From the NCBI RefSeq assembly GCF_000150275.1, contig NW_002060943.1:12657694-12721693 (forward strand): a DNA stretch of 64,000 nt, in the 5' to 3' direction. Shown here piece by piece: positions 40,132 through 54,800 of the stretch. How positions within the stretch are numbered: the stretch's first letter is position 1; each line of letters starts with the position of its first letter. The position numbers were made by a program, and so were the translations under genes. This DNA comes from Trichoplax adhaerens. Taxonomy: Eukaryota; Animalia; Placozoa. The notes below the pieces were generated by a model that saw nothing but the letters and a program-made list of their open reading frames with translations, did no database searches and was not told the DNA's origin.

Positions 40132-43100
40132 CCTTTCTAGAAGTTTTTCAGTAGACATACTCGGCTAAGTAGAGCTGTATGTAGATAGTCTTCGTATTAG
40201 ATCTCATAAAGTTCTAATTTTCTACAAATTTTTAATTTTCGGGATCGGATTTTATCACAAGCTAGGACGATAAACGGAGCACTTGGAGTATTTGTTGTAT
40301 CAGTTAGGATTCTACAGCAATAAATCGTCTGTGATAGTTATATGAACATCTGTTTTGAAATAATGCAGATGTGTGAAATTTGGCACCTGCGCTTAAAACT
40401 ATTTGATTGGATTTTAAACTTTTGGGCAAGACACAATCAAATAATCTTTTAGTATCGTATTAAATCACCCTAAAATGTAAACTCATTGTGTTAACTGCTA
40501 GACAGTAAATAAATTGTTATCAGGATTATAGACCAGCTTCTGTATTTGTCGTGGTACTAGTAATGGGTAGTAATGCTGTATACGTAGGCTGCTGAAAATA
40601 AAGAATTATAAAACTAACTTATTTTCGATTGAGGGCCAGTGAATTAGTTGAATACTTAATTATGTAAGAGCTCAAGGGTCAGACCGTGTTTAGATTAAGA
40701 TTTATCTTGTATCTTTTATGCGTTCTCAAACGAAATTTAAAGTAGACTTTCATCAAAATTTAGATCTAAGAATAGATAACAGCCGATATTGTTAGTTAGG
40801 ATCAAATTCTATGTATACGTGCATACTTTGTAGCAATGCTAGCGAATCCAGATAGAATATGCAAGAGCAAGCTGCTTTTTACAAAAAAAAGTTCGTTAAC
40901 TAATCGTTTACATATAGGAAAACAGTTTCCGTTTATTACACTAAAAAATTTGATGGAAAATTTTAGAGTTATGAAGTAAACCTAAACTTGATACTTACTT
41001 CAAGATACAAAAAGATCACAGAAATATCTGGAAATAGCTCACGAGTATATTAATCACAAGAATAGATACCTTTTGGTGATATTTCTATAAATGCTCTACC
41101 AGGGAGTCGAAAAATAACTGTCATACTATCAGAAATAAAATTCACGAATAATACGTGATTAATTTAATCACAAATTACAACAATAAGATTATCGCCTCCG
41201 CTAAGAGGACAAAAAATTGAATACGTCAGTAAACACAATGAAGGCTAGTTAAACAATAATCTTGAAAATTTGTTTACTTTATTTATATTGAGGTTTTATA
41301 TAATGACAATAATCTTTAGAAGCAAATGTTATGAATTAAATGGAACGAAAGAGTAGATTTCATGCTAATTAAATTTACGCATTGAAACTCAAATCTGTTA
41401 TAGTACTTAACATATGACATCTAGGGTAGGACTTTCTTATTGGCAAACTTACAGATGAATACCTTGAAGCATTGTTATTACGATAAGCTAGTTTTAAATA
41501 TATATAAGACTAAATGTGCAAATTTACTTATAAAACATCTGCTAACTATTTGATATCATTTTCCGGACTTTTAATGACGTCTTAGGTAGTTCATTTAGAT
41601 TATGCAGCTTAAAATATCCAGCATTTCGATCTTACTATCTACGCTGTTCATTAAACGATTGATATTGCAAATGAAATACTATTTAGTAATTCTAAATTAC
41701 CCCTATTGCATCAGTAATAAGATTAATAGGTCGATAGCCCAATCAAATTTTAAGTAGTATTTGCTCATGAGCATCCCTGAATGATTTCGTTATAGATAAA
41801 TAAAATTTAAATATTTCATCATTTTAAATCTTTAACATTCCTTTCCGCAATTTAACTTTTGAAATATTCTTAGACAAATATTAAAATTTTCAAGAAAGTA
41901 ACAAATAAAATTTACTGCTTCTATGTATCAAACTTTATCGTTTTAATAATTATTATGGCGTATAACTATTTACATTAGCAGCTTAATTTTAATTTTGAAT
42001 CTGCTAGTTTCTATCATTTTGCACCCAAGCACCATCATTAGCTTTAAAAAATTAAAATTTACAAGTACATGGGACAACTCTAATAGGAAAATATTGTGAA
42101 AGGTCGTAAATTCACATCTGATAAAACTGCAGCTCTGGATTAATGAAAGAGCTACCGTTTGATTGCATATACGAATAAATACCTTAATCTATCATAAGAT
42201 CTAGTTCAGCAATAAAGTCTTATAATCGACAGCTACGTTACGTATCGCTAAAACTCACAGTTTTCTATCATAATTTATCCGAACTTTCCTGGCAGGGAAC
42301 GGTAGGCTTTCAACGTGTTTCGTAAGTCTAATTTCTGGTCCAAATATTTTTCTTATTGTTATAGCACTAATAAAAATTTTATAAATATTGACTAGATCTC
42401 GTAATAATAAAAGTAGATGATCTTTATCAGTATTTACAACACCATAATTATCGTATAATAATGTTTATGAATAAAATAATATCACGACTAATCAGTATGC
42501 TATAAATCCGGCTGCAATTTTGCTAAAGAATACATGCATTAATTGATGAAATGATAATAAAGCATTGCGTCAAGTTTAATTATCGCAATAGTACAAAAGG
42601 AAAAGTATAGATAAGACTCTCATATCATTATGAATGCAATAAAGCATGGAATCACTTTTACTGGAGTGCCTTTCTATCAGCGTAACATATTATGTTGTAG
42701 GCCTTATAAAGCGTTAACTTTAATATATCCTAATATGTAATCTTTCATTTCGCCCAAAATTAAAATACTTCCGTTTCAAACTTATAAATTATTAATTTAC
42801 TTTCATGCACAAATCTGTTCAATAGCTAAAAATCTATAATTTCCGCATAAGGAACTCATTAATTATATCTAAGATCAAAAAGTATACTTAATGGATTAAA
42901 ACTAATAGAGAATTATGGTGCAATAATTCTGCAGGATATATGAAATTATCATAGCTTTATAAGATGGGCAATGAAAGTCTGGTATGAATTATAGATGAAA
43001 TAAGATATTAAAGTATAGAGACACAGTTTTATTAATTACTTTCAAAAGCTAGTCATCAGCAATTAGGAAAAGCTAAATAAATTATCTAACCGTTAATCCA

Positions 43101-43156
43101 CGTACCTATGGTAGTTATAGCTTTATTCTATTCAAAGTATACGTACGATAGTATAT

Positions 43157-43796
43157 TGTGATAAAATCCGATCATGAAAATTCATAAGTTGTAGAAAATG
43201 AGAAGTTTATTAGGTCTAATAATAAGACTAGCTCCACACAGCTCGTATTCTAGCCGAATTAAACTACTGAAAGACTTCTAGAAAGAATAATCAGATAATC
43301 TAATACCTCCTGCTGTTATACTCTCCATAGCTTTCGCAGCTACAGTCTGTATAACAACATTCTACCATAATTTACACATATTCAGCTTATTATTAGTCAC
43401 AATATTTTACAGCGAACCATCATGATCATTAATCCAATATTAAAATGATTACAGTATTTTCGTAGACATTATTCCTACCACTCAAAGTAAAATGAACTAA
43501 GCATAACCAAATATATGATTTGCAATTCTATTTCTACCTCTAAACTTATAAGTAGCTCAATATCTTACTATATACAGCCAACTGTACTCTAGCATGGATT
43601 CTATCCTTACAGTCTATAATTATGGGCTACTAAATATATCATAAGGTAAATAAAGAAAAGACACTACCGTATATCATATTAAACATGACTAATAGTCTAC
43701 AATCACAGTTCTAAGTTATTTTACAAATATCAAAAGTAAAATAAGTTCTCTCACTACATGTGTTCATGAGTATTGACAAAATCACTACCGTCATCA
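43157..43796 (-). mobile_element. Old repeat family C copy (probable ancient solo LTR, ~640 bp)
   Basis: Begins TGTGATAAAATCCG, the reverse complement of the 40259 end. The far end (atcactaccgtca) resembles the family-B terminus. No intact TSD; the distal boundary is approximate. Confidence 0.55.
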
Positions 43797-44249
43797 TCCA
43801 TTGCATACCTGACAAAACTAAATTATAATTATCTCGAAAATATACTATGCATGATAAGATCATAAACTAAAGTGATATTTTAATTGAAAGGTTCTAAATT
43901 ATTTTATTTAACCATAATAAGGTAACAGCATATCTATTTTTACCGTGTAAAACTCCAGATATGATATCACTTTAATAATATATGATAACTGTTATGATCA
44001 TCCTATCTAAAATGATACTTCATTTGCTTGTAAACTATTAGATCTGATACGTTATATCTACTATAAGCATCATTCTTTTTTGTCATCGAACCGGCTTGGT
44101 ACCAATTCTGGTAATAAGAATAACAAGACTTGGCAGTTAATTACCTGCTAATATCAATGCACAAGCAAACAACGGGCATTATTATTATTTACTGGAATTG
44201 TTTTCAAGTTACTGCCAACGTTCAAATCTTGTTGAAGCCAGCTTTGTAA

Positions 44250-44883
44250 TAATATAATAAAAGGTATTGTAATAAAAATGTCTCATATCTATTTAATCAA
44301 ATTGGGATCTGATCTCAAAAAATAATTGTTTCAGTTGAGTAAACTTTAAACTATAGGCTTATTTCACAGAGTTTAACAATAGTGGCGCATAATTGAATTA
44401 ATTAAGATTCTAATCAAAAGTATTACAAACGCTATTAGATGTGAAGTTCTGTCGAAGCTTATGTCTGTAATTCTTAAACATTTTAAATTTTGCGCAATCT
44501 ATTTACAATTATAAATTTACCTATAGTAAGGCTGAAATCATCAAAAGAAGAGTTTTCCTTATAGATAGATCATCAATATGTTATACAGCACGAACCAACC
44601 CGTTTAAAATACCATTAATCCTATCTTACAGTCCAAAACTACGTTGCTGGGAATCTTCATAAATACAGCACGTCTAGTCATCTAGATCTATTTGCCACTC
44701 GTAGCTAACTGATCAAAACTAAAAATCAACATTTCTAAATATTAATTAACAATATAATACTAGTATGGCGACAATATCTACTTTTAGAAGCCTAGCTCTA
44801 TCTAACATAGCTAACAATACAATCAAATATGGGGTGCAGAACTATAAATACTAGCACGTATCTAAATCTGGTAGTCTTGATAG
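44250..44883 (-). pseudogene. F-box (probably F-box/LRR) pseudogene copy 1
   Basis: Reads LSRLPDL../LVFIVLHPIFDCIVSYVR*S*ASKSRYCR (F-box L..LP....VF..L......V..W), then LDVL/IYEDSQ..DDLSIRKTLL/FDDFSLT. It is collinear with 45790-46458. Confidence 0.45.
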
Positions 44884-45241
44884 TTTAATTACTTGCAAGG
44901 AATCGTCTAAATGTACTAATTTCATATTGAACAATTGATAGCAGGAATATTTAGCAAGATAAATGCCACACAATCATAATACAGGGCCGATTTGTTCTAG
45001 CCATGCAATTAACGCGTCTTATTCATTCGCCGTATTTATTAATTATAAAAGGAAGTTATCTTGCAGCTCGGCATTATTCTATCATGCGGTACCGTGTATC
45101 GAAAATAATTTTGAATGTCAGTGCTGAGTTTTGCAATAAAGTAATATAGAGCAATGTCTGTCTTGCGTGGCCTTGGTTTGTTGCTACGCTAGTTAATGTC
45201 ATATCGTACTGTTTTAATCTAAACTCTTAGATTTTGGTATT

Positions 45242-45749
45242 TGTCACGGTAGTGAATCTACCATGATGAATGATAATTTACTTAATTTAGACATGTATAT
45301 GTATCACGTTAAGATAGTTATTAATTTGGATATGTGCATGAATTATTTTATGACTTAATATAGCCGATACAAACCTGTTCCTAATACAGTTTAAATTATA
45401 CTAAATATGGTATATGAATTGTCAATAGCAAATTCAATATGAATCCTGTTAATTATAAGCTGGGGCAAACATAACGTTAGTCTATAGTAATATTACAAAT
45501 TCATTGGATTAGACTAGGAATAATTTAATGTATTCTCGAAGTCTTATTGGTCGAAATATATCACACATTGTAAACCGGTTTTATGGCAAGAAAAGCTATT
45601 TAAATGATTGATTTTGAATATTAAATTAGACTTGCATTTTCTAGAATAAAGATATAGTTAGAAGATTCTAAAAGTGCATTTCTCAGTCATTGTTACTTAT
45701 CTAGGGTAATCTAAATTAGTTTAGATTAGGCAAGTTTAGTTAAGTAACA
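45242..45749 (+). mobile_element. Solo LTR-like element, family B copy 2 (508 bp), TSD GTATT
   Basis: TGTCACGG...AGTAACA with perfect GTATT at 45237-45241 and 45750-45754. It is the uninterrupted paralogue of 39013-40131. Confidence 0.9.
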
Positions 45750-45789
45750 GTATTATTGATGCAAGCTGATTATGGTAAATCTACGTCAT

Positions 45790-46458
45790 AACAACCTAAG
45801 CAATTAAATTAATAAATTCATCTTGATAATATGGAAGTAAATCTAGTTGCTATCATATAGCCTTTCTAATGAAAGTATCTCAACAATAACTATCTTCGTC
45901 GAAAGAAATTCCCTATAAGACTTTGTTGCAAAGTTTTAGAAATAGTAGAGCGATAATCAATTACTATAAGAATCTACTTTAAAATCTAAGGTATGCCAAG
46001 CTCAAAGTGAAGTCAAGCCTATCATATGAGTTCATTACCGCAGCTCATAAATAAATCCTATAAATCCATTTATGACAACATAATTAGCTGCTGTCAGACT
46101 TGAATCATCAAACAAAATACTGTTTCTCAAATAGAAATCACCATCTTCTGCAATCCGAATCGTTTTTACTTCAAACATTTTTAATCTTCTGTTGATATCC
46201 AGCACCTTTCAGTGTTGGTCATCTTCATAATTCAGTACTTCAAGTCGTGCAATCTTGCACTACTATCTCTCAACTGGCTAATATTAGTCATCTAGAATTT
46301 CTAATATAGATTTTAGTAATCATCTAGTATTAACATCACGATAATATCTACTCTTAGTTACCAAGCTATATCAAATACGTATAGCTATCATTACAAAATC
46401 ATATATAGGGTGCTTAACTACAGTCTTAAAACACTAAAATTGGCGCCAAGTCTGATAG
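45790..46458 (-). pseudogene. F-box (probably F-box/LRR) pseudogene copy 2
   Basis: Reads LSDLAPILV/FKTVVKHPIYDFVMIAIRI*YSLVTKSRYYRDVN.., then KIARLEVLNYEDDQH*KVLDINRRLK..DFYLRNSILFDDSSLT. It has many stops but amino-acid similarity to copy 1. Confidence 0.45.
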
Positions 46459-46781
46459 AGAAGGAAGCAGATGTTATAACCTGATTGCAATAATAAAAAA
46501 TGAAAGATAACTAACCATAAATGTTTTCTGAAAAATAATATATTTTATTTTTGCTGGTAATTGTCATAAAGCATTAAGAATAAACTTTAAAGAGATTTTA
46601 AGTTAATAATTTTAATATAAGAAACATCAAGGATGGTATTTAATTTAATCTCTGCTAATGCTAAAGTACTACAGTTAAAATAAAGACTGATATGTGATTG
46701 TTACATTCATCAAAATAACTTAGATATGGAAGTGTAGTTTCTGATAACATTTTGTTTCGAACTTTTTAGAAGTATGAGTTA

Positions 46782-47600
46782 TGTCACGTTCTGTGATAGT
46801 TACATAATTAGTATGTTACCTTCTTTCTATATATCGTTAAATATCACGATGTTATTATCACGTCATGCGTATATGGATGTAGTTTTGGTACTATATTAAG
46901 CTTATCTATATATGTATTCTCATGTTGCCATAGTCGGTATGATATTCTATTTGTAATGTCTAAACTAGGGAAACCTTTCTCTTAGAGATGATCTTGTGAT
47001 CTATGCCAGTAGATCAAAGGTCATAATAAAGAAAGTATATAAACTCATTATTTTAACAATAAAGTTAGTTCTTCAACTTAATTACTGGGTCTCCTTGCTG
47101 AGTGCAGATCTAGTACTTGTTACAAAATTTGGAAGTTGGAACAAGTTACTACTTAAGGAATTGTTAAAGTTAGTTATAACCTAAGTTATTGCGTTATTAT
47201 GATGACATAGTAATATGTTACAAGTATGTATCAAGAACATAGGAGCTTGATAGGACTTATAGTCGAAGAGATTTACATATAAAATTGTTCATTACCTCGA
47301 ATGTCCGCATTTGATAATTCAATCGTAATAACAGGTTTGTTATTGAAATATGTTAATGGCATAGTAATAGGTTTATAACTACTAAAAGAGTATATAAGAT
47401 GGACTGCGATCAATAAAAGCGATCCAGGTTAAGGCAAAGTTGTGTGATAGCTTTATATCGTATATTGTGTTGAGCGAGTTAGTACTTCGCAAGGATTCTG
47501 CCTACAATACCGTAGGCCAGGAATGTAGTTCTACGGATTAAAGTAAAAGTTTATTATAATTACTATGTTCTTTTCTTGTGTCACTAGAGTAGTTGTGGCA
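46782..47600 (+). mobile_element. One or two adjacent or nested LTR-like elements (boundaries ambiguous)
   Basis: Candidate 47118-47600 is TGTTACAA...TTGTGGCA with GTACT/GTAAT flanks, GTATATAAG, hairpin GCCTAC..GTAGGC and ATTAAA. The overlapping alternative 46782-47143 is TGTCAC...GAACA with AGTTA flanks. Confidence 0.4.
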
Positions 47601-50600
47601 GTAATGAAAAGTAGCTCTCTAATCATGTTTTAATGGGTGCAAATGGGAAGCTCAATGCAATTGTTAATCTAAGAACAATATAGCAGTTCTCATTAGACAT
47701 TTGAATGTTTTCATAGCACTGATCTAATACGAGTTCTAAAACCTACTTAAATTGGTTAATATTTTAACTTAAGGCGTGGGAGCTAAAAACTGAATAACTT
47801 TCTAACATGGCGTCATAAAATTAAGGCGTATATCTAAATTCTTTAGAAGACTAAAGGATTACCTTTCGTTTATTTAATAAAGACCTGAAATTTATTTTTT
47901 GCTTTTGTTTATTAATAATTACGGTTACCTTTGAAATACCAAATCTATATAGTACAATTTCATTATTTAATTAAGATGTATCTTGCTTACTTAGATCAAA
48001 TTATCATAAATAATTGGGAAGCTTCTTTTAAGAATTAAATCACAATTATATTAAAGCTCAACTACGTATAAAACCTTCCCGTAGATCACATTTAGCTATA
48101 AAAGGACGAAATTATTATTATCAAATTTATTTTCGCAGTCTATTTTGCCGTATGGTCAAACAGATTCGATAGTGCGCCATGCCGGAAAAGATGCCTAGTT
48201 ATCGCGTATTGCTATATATATTTATTCTTACACCGTTGATTAATGGTAACCAATAACATAATAATTTAGATCTTGTTGATAACGAAGTTTTATGAAATGT
48301 TTGAAATATTTAATATCTGTGTTATAAATTAATATTGTAATCTCACCTGAAAGCAAGTAATCAGTTTCTTAGATCGTTTAATTTTGCGCTGCAATTGCCG
48401 CAGCAAATTCTAACTTTTAGATTTCCCCCGGGTTAGTTGAAAACGATAATTCCAACAGATATTGATGTAATCAGCATTCAGAAGCTGCAATTCTTTAATT
48501 TCGCAACTCTACAAATCTCGTACTTGTTCTTTAACAATAATTTTTAAATCACGCTGTTATTTTAATTCCAACATATACTTATTCACTTATTTTTTCATAA
48601 TAACAATTAAGTATTTTATAAATGTGACATTAGGTACGTTCATAACTTATCAGTAGCATATGCATAACTTGTAAACTAAAACTTACATCTGTTACTTCTA
48701 AAGAAGTACCCTTACCTTAAATTATAAGGAAGAATTTAATTACAGAGAAAACGTACTCCGTGATAAATCTATATAACTAACCAGCGTTACAGAAAGTAGG
48801 AACATCTTAAAATTTTGATACAAAATCACAACGATGACTATTTTCGTAGACTTTAAGCAACATTTTACGTCGTGAATAAAGTCCCATTCTATCGGAAAAA
48901 CTATTTACAAAAATAAGTTGTTTATGTTGTTACCTCTCCTAGAGAAGAGTTCATGACATTTTTAAACACACAAATAAAATTTCTTTACGTTATCTGTCTT
49001 TTATACTTTTCTCGTCTAAATAATATCTATGGATTATAGTAGTAAACATGTCGTTACATCCGTTCTATCAAAAAATATTAATAATGGTTTCCATTAAATT
49101 TAGCCACAATAAGCTATATAGCTGCCCATGGATTTCTACGAACACAAATAGCATATGTTAGAACGTATCACTACTTAACCTAAAATAAAATAAAAGTTTT
49201 GAGATTTACGCTTTTAGACAACGACGATCTTATAGCCTTATGTCTTTGTTAAAATCTGATTAGTTAATAACACGCAAAATAGAGAACTAAATTCCTTCAT
49301 ATCTTCATTAAGAATTTATCTTTAATATTTTTTACGGATTAGGCTCACAAACGGTCAAGTGTGGTAATTCAAGCCAAGATATTTCCGCTAGAAGCATATG
49401 TGACTGTGTTGACAATTGTAGAAATAAGTTTGATGAAATAAATTGTGGTAAGCCAACCATAAAGTAAAGTAATTAATTGGTTTAGCAAGAAATGATTTGA
49501 AGAAAATTTATTAGAACAATCTTGTGCTTAACTTTCAAATTTTGGGCCATGAACACATCACGCAACATTAGTCTATTTATAGTACTCTAAATTTCTAATG
49601 GTATACCTCTAAATTTATATCAGTAAATAATATCGTAAAATCTTTCGTATCCTTCCGTCAAAGCTAACGATTACGAAAATATCTTAAATCATATCATATA
49701 TTTAATAACTATTACTGACTTACTTTTCACCGCACTTACCGGTTGTATACCCAAAAGAAATTTTTGATGCATTTATTAATTAGATGCTTAATTAAAAATT
49801 TCAATCAACATGAATAAACGCACAGTCATAACATTAAATTTAAACACTATTGTCATCGAGGGTAACAAAATCTTGATCACTCCGAAGACATATAGCCCAA
49901 ACTAGCTTTCAGTCTCTAACATGTACTGTTCCACCCTAAAGTAATGAAACACAAAAGATACTAGCACGTTTGGGGTTCTTCGATATAAAGTTATTACTGA
50001 AATAAGGTAGCAACTTTTCTGTAATTCATGTACAACGCAGTTTCATATTCATTTAAAAATTACGACCAGCAAACGGGTTGGAACTAGTTGTACAATCGAA
50101 AGAAGACAACTAATGATAAGATAACTCGTATGAAATATCACAAACAAAACTTCTCTAAACTCTAGACTAATTCACTAAAAGACTTATTATTTCTCAAGAT
50201 TTTCAAGCAAAGTAATGTAAAGAATTTATTATGAACTTATAAAATCAAAGATGAAAAAATCGATAATTTATTCTAGGCCATTACTGGCTACTAGTATACA
50301 TTATTGACACGTGATCTAAAAAATTACTCTCTTAATTGCAATAGCCACAAAAGAAGCGGCTTAGCAATTGAGCTTAGCAAAACTGTTACTCTTATAACTC
50401 AATTTGTAGCAAGAAGTAAAATCGACAAACATACATGATATCTAACTCTACAATACTCACTGTTCAATACAGAAACTAACGATAGATCAATTACTTGTAC
50501 ACGCAAGCAAAATATAATAATGTAAAACATAAAAATAGTAGAATATGGTCGTAACAATCGTTTAAGAACACCTGCACAATTAACAACGTCATGTAAAAGT

Positions 50601-51812
50601 GATGTCACATTCATAATTATATATAAATATAATAGGTAATTTCTTATAAATTTTGTAAAAACAATAACTATTTAAGTAATTAATCGGAAAGTGATGTATT
50701 TCTCGTAGTTTATTAGTCTAAGCCAGGTAGGATTTAACAGATTTAAACAATGTAATTAGATAAAAGGCGCCTTCCTAAAATTTTCAAATACACCTTGCCC
50801 ACGTATTTTACATTTTGAGTTGCAAAATCTCCTAAATTCATAATTTTATTGGTACTAAAACAGTTGGTGTAGGATGTGTTTCTACTATATATATGCTAAA
50901 GTCTAATCATAACACAAATCAATATTTATTACTATTATGCCGGACAATAAATCTTCCGAAACATAACAAATAGAATTTGAGATAAGACATTTTGTCTAAA
51001 TAGACTGTCTGACTAAGGCCATTTTCCATCGTAAGTGTACCTAGTAAGTAGCTTTTACTCATCGGGCAGATAACCATAACAAGTCCGAGCTCTAGCCAAA
51101 CACAATAAGGAGAATAAATTAAGCGATTATAAACCATGGTATTATTGAGCAATGTGTCATATAAGCTAATTACTATTCGCAATAAAAACTTTTGAGTGGG
51201 TTGTTATATTCGTTATTAGTGCCGTTAAATATCACAACTATAAGATCCAAAATAGAAGAGTGCCAAACCTCATCAAGCTGTCATCTAAATTACAGATTTC
51301 ATGAAAAAAAGTGTAAGTTAATATTATAAGCAAATAAAACTGGCTAGAGATATGTGAATTTTCTGTATAGCAAATCAAAAATTTTTATAAATTACTTCTT
51401 TTTCAGTTTGCAAGCCGTCGAAGTGTCGACTTTGGCCACTATCGAGCATGAACGTATCCAGCAATTCAAGCAGCAATGGTCACTGCGGTTAGTTGTTTCG
51501 TCCGATGATGGACTGATACATATATTTCATTTAAGTTATTACAAATAGCTTGACTGGAATTTACACGGCTTGACATTTGCAACGATGGTTTTATCCTTTG
51601 AGATACCAACTATCATGTATTCTAGCACTTTAGATGCCAATAATGATAAGAACGTACATCAAGTAAAATCATAATTTTCTTCTAACTAATTCTTTCTAAT
51701 GGTGTCCTAAGTAGAAACTTAAATTGACTTAACATTAGTAGTAAAATGGACTAGAATTCACATTGGATAAGTATTCTAAGCTGAGAACTACTACATTAAT
51801 CAATTTGCTTAG

Positions 51813-54800
51813 TTAAACTGCCGTGTATATATGGCTGTTCATGTTCTATGGCGGAAATGAAATGCACAAGCAGGAAATTCAGTAAAATGATTAATAATTT
51901 CATGATACCATATCAATATGTGTAAGTAAAATTATCTCATTATACTGCTAATATTATTCCTAATTAACAATTATTGGAAATGTATTGCAGTCTGTTTCTT
52001 GATTCAGTAAAAAAAGGCAGTTTTGGTATAACTCTATAATACAGTAAATTAAATAATGTAATCAACGTGCGACTATGAAATCAGACCTAGATTTTGAGTC
52101 ATTCGATAGTACTTCCTAATTTAACACCTTTATTGCTCGATGTAACTTAACTTAGTATTAAATATAGACTACCAGCTATATCTTTCTATGATGTATTATG
52201 TCCTATCGTAGCTTACTTTATTTGTCATAAGTTATTATTAGTAGATTATAACGATAATCTGTAAATATAGATTTTATATTGGAATATAGATGGTCATGTA
52301 CATGGTACAGTATGGTGCTGAATTATAGCTGATACTAAATATAAAAATAGATGCATAACTCAAATATTGGGGTAGGGGTAGTTTATCTTACTATGGCTAA
52401 TCGTAAAACATAGTTACATAAATATTGTAGCTGTTACCATAATAAATTGAAAAATGATTTGCTATAGAGTATGTTACTAACGTTAACTTGAATATATAAA
52501 ATTTCAGGAAGAATGTTGCTTACTGATTGTACTAGCAGATACTACGAAAACTGTTTAAGCAGATAATCGTAGATAATTCAGTAATTCTTCCTGAAAGTCT
52601 TTCTCGTAGTTACATTTGGCTAAAGTAGAGCTGTATATAGAATATCTTTGTATAAAGACTTAATATAGTTCTTATTTTCGTGACCTGTTATATGAAGCAT
52701 GGAAGTTTAGTTTAACATTCTGCAATATATTCTGTAATTTCGGATTAACTACTGTGTGTTAATGTGTAATGGCTAGATTTAAGCAATTACTAACTGTTTT
52801 AGTTGAAGCTATTTTAACTAAGTTAGTCTAAAAATTGACTGATTTATGTCTTTAAAATCATGTAATTGAACATGATATAGCTGAATCGTGCCAAAAATTA
52901 CCTTATCACGACCATAATTAAGACGTTAAAAATAGCAATCAAGTAAATCTGATCTTTAGATATTCTATATTTCACTTAATCCTATTAAAACTAAATGCTA
53001 ATTTTAAATATAATAATCATTTATAACTTAAATTATTCGTACGTTTGAGCATTATTAAATTTGATGTTGAATTTCTTTGTTACGAAATGGTATTTTCCGT
53101 TAATTCATGACTACTAATGAATTATTTTAGGAACCTAAAGGGCTCTTCTGCCGCCATATTTACGATTGATACATCCATCCCTCAGCCATGGATTTATTCA
53201 ATGTATGTTCTAATTACTTCAACGATTAATTAGTTATCGAAGTATTGGTTAAAATGATTTACTCTATTGTTGTAAAATCAATGTAAAACTAGTACTCACA
53301 GTTCGGTATCACTTGAGTAAATGCATAAGCCGGTTAAATTTGCAGCTAAGTATATTTATGCTGATAAAGTTCAAATTTGTATCCATATTTAATATATTTC
53401 GAATGAGAGAAGATCGCCCATTTAGTGATAAATAAGATTGTTGGAGCTATTCAATTTAAAATGCTAGTTCGATATCATGTTCAAATTTACCATATAATAT
53501 GTATTGCAACGGTTTATAACAACATTTAACGGACAATTCGATAGTATTAATAAGGTTATCGCTCTGGGAAATCAGATTTAAATACTTTTTTATAGTAAGT
53601 ACTAGTAAAGCTTCAATGGCCGGATATGCAAATATTAATTAATCATATTTTGATGTAGTAAGTTTTATTGAATATCCATCAGTTCTTATACTTAATTTTA
53701 TGCTTTTCATTCAAGTACTTTCAACAATCAGCTGATGAGCGAAAACTTCGGCCCAAAAGTTTTGATTAATCTTCCAAACTTGTTGCAATTGTGAGTAATT
53801 ATACATACCTATTAATGCTTAAAATCATTTGTAAATAATTGCTCTTCTGAGAAAATAGCACTGTAGCTTTCCATTACTACTGCTATAGTAAATAAATTAA
53901 AATACTGCAGCGAAAATAGTATAGTTTCGTTTGCATTCTAATATTATTTCTGCAATGTTATTATTAGAGCGTAAGTAAATTACCAGTATTACATGCTAAT
54001 AGCATGCCTCCTGAATAATTATTGGAAGGATAATAAACTATTTTAAAATGAATGCATAATGACGCATTTTAAAGAGAAAATAACAGTGACTTAAATTGAT
54101 TTATAAACTTTGCTAGGAATTTAAGAAGCAATCAGTTAACCCATATCCAAGACAAAACATTTCAATCTTTGAAAAAAATGGAGCATTTGTAATTGCATCT
54201 ACAATATCAATTTATTAATCATGCAAAGTCAAATCTTGTTATATTTGTTAGATAATGAGCCTAGAATATTTAATATTGCTAATTTTAAGAATGAAATTTT
54301 GACTGGGATTAAACTTCATAAATCATTATATTAGGAGCTTACAGAACAACAGCATTGTAATTATTGAAGAAAATGCTTTCCTTGGATTGACAAATCTGAA
54401 AATATTGTAATTAAATATTTTTTCCGTGTTCTAATAGAATCATATACACAATGCTATACTTTACAAATGTGATAGAGATACTGTAAATAGTATACATCAT
54501 ATTGTAATTTTAATATAATGCGTATAATATCTTAAGTCATCAATGCAATTTATTTTAGAAATAACTTCTAATCGCAAATACCTGCAAAATTACTATATGT
54601 GATAATATTCCGTGTGACTTATGAATAAGTCTTATGTTAAAATCGAATTTGTGATTACTAGCAATTACTCCATAATTTACCAAAGAAAATTGATAATCTT
54701 TCCATGCTAAATTTAATAATCGACCGTAGTTAACAGTACTCTAGATCAATTTATATTTGAAATATTAGTATTTGTATGCCTTTTTAAGCATAAATGCTGA

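Larger units (their letters stand above)
38820..40259 (+). mobile_element. Old repeat family C copy (host), interrupted by LTR B, which is itself interrupted by LTR A
   Basis: 38820-39012 joined to 40137-40259 aligns contiguously with the reverse complement of 43157-43460 (attatctgatt..cttt|ctagaagt.tttcagtag). It ends ...ggattttatcaca. Confidence 0.7.

Noticed and set aside
50384-50556. TGTTAC...GTAACA inverted termini suggesting a 173-bp MITE
   Set aside because: No target-site duplication and no second copy in the window; a 6-bp match is expected by chance.
51407-51662. Candidate first/signal exon of the LRR gene
   Set aside because: It has an acceptor and ATGs, but I found no signal-peptide frame that joins the LRRNT exon in the required phase; left unresolved.
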